DNA of 32,000 nucleotides, taken from Candidatus Kuenenia stuttgartensis (GTDB lineage: Bacteria > Planctomycetota > Brocadiia > Brocadiales > Brocadiaceae). The translations under genes were made by a program, and so were the position numbers. A model generated the notes under the pieces. It saw only the letters and a list, made by a program, of their open reading frames with translations, did no database searches and was not told where the DNA came from. The stretch spans positions 2,490,001 through 2,522,000 of the forward strand of contig NZ_LT934425.1 in NCBI RefSeq assembly GCF_900232105.1. The letters are read 5' to 3'. Position 1 is the stretch's first letter. Each line of letters starts with the position of its first letter. Positions 27,235 to 32,000 of this stretch are shown here, piece by piece.

Positions 27235-27417
27235 ATGATTGATGCTATGCCAGAGGATGAGCTTAAAAAAGTCTTTGGAATCCTGGAACGTCTTATAGAA
27301 AAAGACAGTAATGAAGCGTGGTCAGTATGGGAAGAACTTGGTAAAGACGCTGCTGAAGGCAAATGGAATGATGCTTCAGAAAGACACGATTTCTATTTAT
27401 ACGGAATAAAGAAATGA
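27235..27417 (+). CDS. Antitoxin-like small protein (copy 1)
   Basis: MPEDELKKVFGILERLIEKDSNEAWSVWEELGKDAAEGKWNDASERHDFYLYGIKK, 3 nt overlap with PIN start ATG. Confidence 0.6.
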   Translation: MIDAMPEDELKKVFGILERLIEKDSNEAWSVWEELGKDAAEGKWNDASERHDFYLYGIKK

Positions 27418-27540
27418 AAATCTTTATTGATACCAGCGCGTGGGTTGCCTTAGAAAACAGAAAAGACATTCACTTGATAAAGATTTTGAACAAATGGGCT
27501 TTGCAAAAAGCCCTTTGCTAACGTATATATGACGTGGGGA
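27415..27540 (+). pseudogene. Internally deleted PIN-domain toxin (copy 1)
   Basis: MKIFIDTSAWVALENRKDIH is a PIN N-terminus; immediately after, another frame reads LDKDFEQMGFAKSP, a PIN C-terminus; the core is missing. Confidence 0.75.
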
Positions 27541-27810
27541 ATATTTTCCAAACTACTTTTAAACAAATATGGAAATCACAAAAAATATTCACAGTTTCGC
27601 AATCGGGTTCATAATAATGTTGTACCCTTTTCAGTGCCGGTTTTGCCCGTCATTCCATGTTTCTACGTATCAAGAAGATACTGAAGAACTCAAATGTTTT
27701 CTAATTAAATAAAATGAGAATTTATTTTGATAGTTGTAGCATTCAAAGACCATTTGATGATAAATCTCAAATTCGTATTAGAATTGAGACAGAAGCGATT
27801 TTAAGTATTA

Positions 27811-29526
27811 CCTAAATCCTGCAAACAAGGCAAAGCCTTGTTGCAGGAATAGGATTGAAATGGTAGGATTTCCAAGGTATTCGGCGGTATATTGATAACA
27901 AAAAACACCTGAAAGGAGATTCACCATTTCGATGAAGAATATAGCAAAAAAATACAGCAAAAGACAACCGAAAATCAAGGCAGAGATGAGCGGGAAAGGC
28001 TTAACGGTACATGCAGGGCTTTTACCGGTATTGAATTTTATGGGTAAGCTGATGTTCCGGGAGAGAGTCCATGAAGCGGTCCATAAGGATCGTGGAGCAA
28101 ATGCCCGGTATCAGTTTATCGATGCGGTACAAATGGTAGTGATAGGGTTGATAGCAGGGGCGACATCGATGGTAGAGGTGATGAAGGTGTGTACAGATGA
28201 GGTATTGAAGAAGATGTCCGGGTGGAAAGAGGTACCTGTAGATACTACGATAGGACGTATTATGAAGCTGGCGAGTCAGGGAGATATAGTGGAACTGACG
28301 GGGGTGATCCACCGGTTTAGGGGAAAGATATGGAAGCGTGCGGTGAGATCAGGCCATAAACTCAGGAGTGCTCTTTGCGAAGTATGGATAGATGTTGATT
28401 CTACCGTAGATGGTGTATATGGGAAACAGGAGGGTGCAGAGGTAGGATATAATCCGCACAAGAAGGGGCAGAAGGCGTATCATCCCTTAATGGCATTTAT
28501 TGCAGAAACAAAGGAGGTATTACATAGTTGGTTCCGCTGTGGAAGCGCCTACACGAGTAACGGAGTAGTAGAGTTCATGAAGGAATGTATGGCGTACATG
28601 AATAAGGGGGTAAGGGTGGTATTTCGGGGAGACAGCGGTTTTTTTACCGGAGAATTACTTGAATACCTTGAGTCAATATTGGCGGGATATCTGATTAAGG
28701 TAAAGCTGAAGAATCTGGAAGGATTGCTTGAAGGGCAGAAATGGAATGAGGTGAAAGGGGAGCCAGGATGGGAACAGGCTGAATTTTGGTATCGATGTGC
28801 AGGGTGGGATCGTGCGAGACGTTTTGTGGCAGTGCGGCAATTGGTCAAAAGAGAAAAGAAATTAGTAGAAGTGTCCGTGTATGAGTATTTTTGTTACGTT
28901 ACAACGGAGCGGTTAAGTCCGATGGAAGCGCATCGTTGTTATGGAAAGAGGGCTACCTGCGAGACTTTGATAGAAGAGAGTAAAGGACAGATGAATGCGG
29001 GGCACATACGTACGGGTGAATTTTTGGCCAATGCTGCGCTATTTCAGTGTGCGGTGTTAGCGTATAATCTTTTGAAGTGGATGGGATTGCTCAGTGGTGG
29101 AGTGATACAAAAGTGGGAAGTAAAGACGATGAGACTGTGGTTAATCCGTGTGGCAGGGAAACTGGTGGAGAGAAGCCGGCAGATGACATTAAAATTGCCG
29201 GAGAAATTTCTCCATCAGGAGGAATGGGAAAAGTGGGAACGCATGTCACTGGATGTAGTTTTTCAGTAGAAAACCGACGTTGTATTTCGTTTTTTTAGTC
29301 TTTTGAGAGTGGTAAGTATACCGCAGATGGAGACAGTACATCCCTATCTTGATTTTCATTGCATCAGAGAGCACGTTTCCGACAATTTCCCATGTCTTTT
29401 TGTTTAAAGTAGTACAATAGCGCTACCACAATTGCTAAAAAACGGATATCTGTTATCGCTTTTTGCCAATCTTGGTAGTGGAAAATACTGATTTTCGCAT
29501 TGCGAAAATCGTTTGCAGGATTTAGG
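27811..29526 (+). mobile_element. Complete IS1380-family-like insertion sequence (1716 bp)
   Basis: Perfect 16-bp TIR CCTAAATCCTGCAAAC / GTTTGCAGGATTTAGG; 5-bp direct repeat TATTA on both sides (27806-27810, 29527-29531); one transposase gene. Confidence 0.93.
27932..29269 (+). CDS. IS1380-family-like DDE transposase
   Basis: 445 aa; DVDSTVDGVYGKQEGAEVGYNPHKKGQKAYHPLMAFIAETKEVLHSWFRCGSAYTSNGVVEF...RGDSGFF, plus C-terminal E-containing ATCETLIEESKGQ. Confidence 0.88.
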   Translation: MKNIAKKYSKRQPKIKAEMSGKGLTVHAGLLPVLNFMGKLMFRERVHEAVHKDRGANARYQFIDAVQMVVIGLIAGATSMVEVMKVCTDEVLKKMSGWKEVPVDTTIGRIMKLASQGDIVELTGVIHRFRGKIWKRAVRSGHKLRSALCEVWIDVDSTVDGVYGKQEGAEVGYNPHKKGQKAYHPLMAFIAETKEVLHSWFRCGSAYTSNGVVEFMKECMAYMNKGVRVVFRGDSGFFTGELLEYLESILAGYLIKVKLKNLEGLLEGQKWNEVKGEPGWEQAEFWYRCAGWDRARRFVAVRQLVKREKKLVEVSVYEYFCYVTTERLSPMEAHRCYGKRATCETLIEESKGQMNAGHIRTGEFLANAALFQCAVLAYNLLKWMGLLSGGVIQKWEVKTMRLWLIRVAGKLVERSRQMTLKLPEKFLHQEEWEKWERMSLDVVFQ

Positions 29527-29864
29527 TATTATAGAACTGATTGAGGATGGAAGGATTGACCTGATTACCTCATCAGTGGTAGAATTTGAGTTAAAGAAAA
29601 CACCTGATCCGGAACGAATATCTTCTGGATTAAAAGTAATATCGTTACATTCAGAAAGAATTACTTTGTCTGATAAAATTGTTAAGAGAGCCAAAGAATT
29701 TGAAATGCGAAATATAAAGGCAATCGATGCGCTACACCTTGCGATTGCTGATGTAGAAAAAATAGATTATCTTTGCACATGCGACGATAGGTTTCGCAAA
29801 AGTGCAAGCAAGATCAAAAAGCTAGATACAAAAATTGTTTCTCCTATAGAATTTATAGAGGAGT

Positions 29865-30074
29865 ATGAAAATGATTACGATAACAAATAATGAAATAAAT
29901 AAAGAAGCGTTTGAAGTTCTTTTTAAAGAACTTGGCGTTAGCAAAACGATACGGTTTATAAACCAGTTTAGCGCTGGAAAAGGAAACTATACTGAAATGA
30001 AAGATAAAATATTTAAAGGAATGACGGTGGATGATATAGTTTCTGAAATCGAATCAAACAAAGATTTACCATAA
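29865..30074 (+). CDS. Antitoxin-like protein paired with the disrupted PIN toxin
   Basis: 69 aa ORF overlapping the end of the PIN gene; KELGVSKTIRFINQFSAGKGNYTEMKDKIFKGMTVDDIVSEIE, resembles small antitoxins found 3' of PIN genes. Confidence 0.65.
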   Translation: MKMITITNNEINKEAFEVLFKELGVSKTIRFINQFSAGKGNYTEMKDKIFKGMTVDDIVSEIESNKDLP

Positions 30075-30127
30075 AATTTATGAGGAGATTCGTAACGCAA
30101 CGTTTTTAAAAGGAGAGAGAGGATGCT

Positions 30128-30298
30128 ATGCCAGAGGAAGAATTTAAAAAAATCTTCGAAACACTGGAATGTATTATGGAAAAAGACAGTAATGAAGCGT
30201 GGTCAGTATGGGAAGAACTTGGTAAAGGCGCTGCTGAAGGCAAATGGAACGATGCTTCTGAAAGACACTATTTCTGTTTGTACGGAATAAAGAAATGA
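30128..30298 (+). CDS. Antitoxin-like small protein (copy 2 of 27235 ORF)
   Basis: MPEEEFKKIFETLECIMEKDSNEAWSVWEELGKGAAEGKWNDASERHYFCLYGIKK. Confidence 0.55.
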   Translation: MPEEEFKKIFETLECIMEKDSNEAWSVWEELGKGAAEGKWNDASERHYFCLYGIKK

Positions 30299-30420
30299 AA
30301 ATCTTTATTGATACCAGCGCGTGAGTTGCCTTAGAAAACAAAAAAGACATTCACTTGATAAAGATTTTGAACAAATGGGCTTTGCAAAAAGACCTTAGCT
30401 AATATGTATATGCCATGTGA
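30295..30420 (+). pseudogene. Internally deleted PIN toxin (copy 2), with additional nonsense mutation
   Basis: MKIFIDTSA then TGA; same junction as copy 1 (gacattcacttgataaagattttgaacaaatgggc). Confidence 0.75.
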
Positions 30421-30574
30421 AATATTTTTCAAATTCTTTTTAAACAAATTTGGGAATCAGAGAAAAATTTTTCCACTTTCGTATCCGGGTTTATAATAGG
30501 AGCATTTCCGATTTTTTGTAACCGTTTGTGTGATTGGGGCAAAACAACGCAGCAAGGGGGATGTGGCAAGCCTG

Positions 30575-30829
30575 TCCCCCGCTGGCGGGGGATTAAGGGG
30601 GTGGAATTGTCTGCGGAGGAAATCTGGGAGGTTTATAACATGAATAGCCATAAATTTTTCTTCTCATTCCTACGTTCTGCGGGAATGCATGTCACGAAGC
30701 AGGATAAAATTGTCCATTTGACCAGTCTGCGGAGCGTGGGAAAGAGGGTCAAATTTGTTTTCATAATAAAGGGGTAGTTGAATCGATGGAGAAATCCAGT
30801 CCACCCCCTGCACCCCCGCCAGCGGGGGA
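30575..30829. repeat. GC-rich inverted repeat arms (30575-30604 and 30801-30829)
   Basis: tcccccgctggcgggggattaaggggtgg versus ccaccccctgcacccccgccagcggggga. Confidence 0.6.
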
Positions 30830-31152
30830 CATAGTTTGAACAACAGGCGCATTCCCGATTTTTGGTTAACTAATTGTACATTGTAACACAAGCATCCTGC
30901 TTGTGGCATTTTACCCTCAAACAGGAAGCTTGTGTTACTATTCCTTTCCCTCTCCCCGCTAATGACATTTTTACAAAAATCGGGAATGCTCCCGTTCATA
31001 ATAAAGAAACAGGCTTGCCCACAGGTATCTGAACTTTCGCTGACAGGCAATGAAGTTTTACAGCAATAACAAGACACTTAGTCAAAGATTTATCTGATAG
31101 ATTGTGTATAAAATTTATGTATTGTATGACAAGGTGAGAATGTTGCATTTTT

Positions 31153-32000
31153 TTGAGAGAGGCGTACAAGCGCTGCAAATCCAATGGAGGAAGCGCCGGG
31201 GCAGACGGGATTACATTTGAAGATGTGGAGTCATACGGGGTGGAGAAGTTTCTTGGAGAGATAATAGAGGAACTTGAAAACAAAACCTACGAACCACAGC
31301 CGGTACTGAGAGTGTACATACCTAAAACCAACGGTAAGACACGACCATTGGGAATCCCTGTGATAAAAGACAGGGTAGTGCAGATGAGTGTAAAGCTTGT
31401 AATAGAGCCGATATTCGAAGCAGACTTTGAAGATAGCTCCTACGGATTCCGACCGGGACGTTCAGCGGGCGATGCTGTGAGGAAAATCAAAAGAAAGACT
31501 GCGAGAAGGGAAAACAGAGGTATTTGACGCAGACCTTAGTTCTTATTTTGACACAATACCGCACAAGGAATTGTTACTGTTAATAGGGATGAGGATAAGC
31601 GACAAGAACGTACTGCACTTGATAAAAATGTGGTTAAAAGCACCGGTGGTAGAGGAAGGCAAACCAGGTGGCTGGAGGAAAAATAAGATAGGAACACCGC
31701 AGGGAAGCGTAATATCACCATTATTAGCAAACATATATCTGCACATGCTCGATAAAGCAGTCAATAGAGAGAATGGGGTTTTCTATAAGTATGGGATAAC
31801 AAATCATACGTTATGCGGATGATTGGGTACTGATGGCAAAGCGAATACCTCGTGAAGCATTAGACTATCTCAATAGGAAACACAAGAAATACTGGAACAT
31901 AGAACCAAGCAAGAAATCACAAAAGAAGGTTAGGGAAAAGATAGGAAACTACCTCAAGGGCAATGGGCATAAAGCGGCGGAAAAAGTAGCTAATGAATTG
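31153..32000 (+). pseudogene. Group II intron-type reverse transcriptase, frameshifted and internally deleted, running off the window
   Basis: MREAYKRCKSNGGSAGADGITFEDVE...RVYIPKTNGKTRPLGIPVIKDRVVQ; frameshift near 31520 into [20 protein letters not shown]...[18 protein letters not shown]; second shift near 31800 into [23 protein letters not shown]; then an apparent deletion to YWNIEPSKKSQKKVREKIGNYLK. Confidence 0.85.

Larger units (their letters stand above)
27714..29890 (+). pseudogene. PIN-domain toxin gene disrupted by IS insertion
   Basis: 27714-27810 ([32 protein letters not shown]) and 29532-29890 (continuing IELIEDGRIDLITSSVVEFELKK...) rejoin in frame when the IS and one copy of its 5-bp duplication are removed. 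Confidence 0.92.

Noticed and set aside
28022-28848. Minus-strand ORFs inside the IS transposase
   Set aside because: Antisense shadows of a strongly coding transposase gene.
29469-29694. Minus-strand portion of the 29404-29694 ORF opposite the PIN toxin 3' part
   Set aside because: It crosses the IS boundary and is antisense to a PIN sequence whose reading frame is validated by reconstruction.
30526-30777. 83-aa + strand ORF
   Set aside because: Spans the GC-rich inverted repeat and has no family signature; better explained as part of the noncoding repeat zone.
31153-32000. Retron or DGR reverse transcriptase
   Set aside because: Sequence motifs ([49 protein letters not shown]) fit group II intron-type RTs; no msr/msd-like structure or variable/template repeats were visible in the window.

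Overview
The window has three parts. (1) A large surface-glycan / nonulosonate-type biosynthesis cluster lies on the + strand at 10-3247 and 10500-25128. It contains a split transketolase pair, a B12-binding radical SAM protein, a KdsC-like HAD phosphatase, a NeuB-like synthase, two Gfo/Idh/MocA oxidoreductases, a DegT aminotransferase, a NeuA-like CMP transferase, an SDR, a sugar-phosphate isomerase, several methyltransferases and several glycosyltransferases. A further glycosyltransferase is on the - strand at 25210-26346. (2) An accessory block at about 3250-10500 interrupts this cluster. It is built from four copies of the 3' end of the radical SAM gene, with different toxin-antitoxin-like pairs between the copies (PIN remnant, MazF-like, TumE-like, MNT/HEPN). 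It also has a large segmental duplication, RAYT-type transposase remnants, REP-like palindromes, a MITE-like hairpin, and a 1.7-kb insertion carrying an intact 518-aa protein of a family I cannot name. The other copy of the duplication preserves the empty target site of that insertion. (3) A mobile-element-rich 3' flank lies at about 26400-32000. It contains a complete IS1380-like element with a 16-bp perfect TIR and a 5-bp TSD (TATTA) that splits a PIN toxin gene, duplicated antitoxin plus internally deleted PIN remnants, a group II intron domain V-like remnant, and a decaying group II-type reverse transcriptase gene. The best candidates for something undescribed are the tail-repeat/TA array and the 518-aa insertion element. 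All family calls are by eye from the translations; no searches were run.
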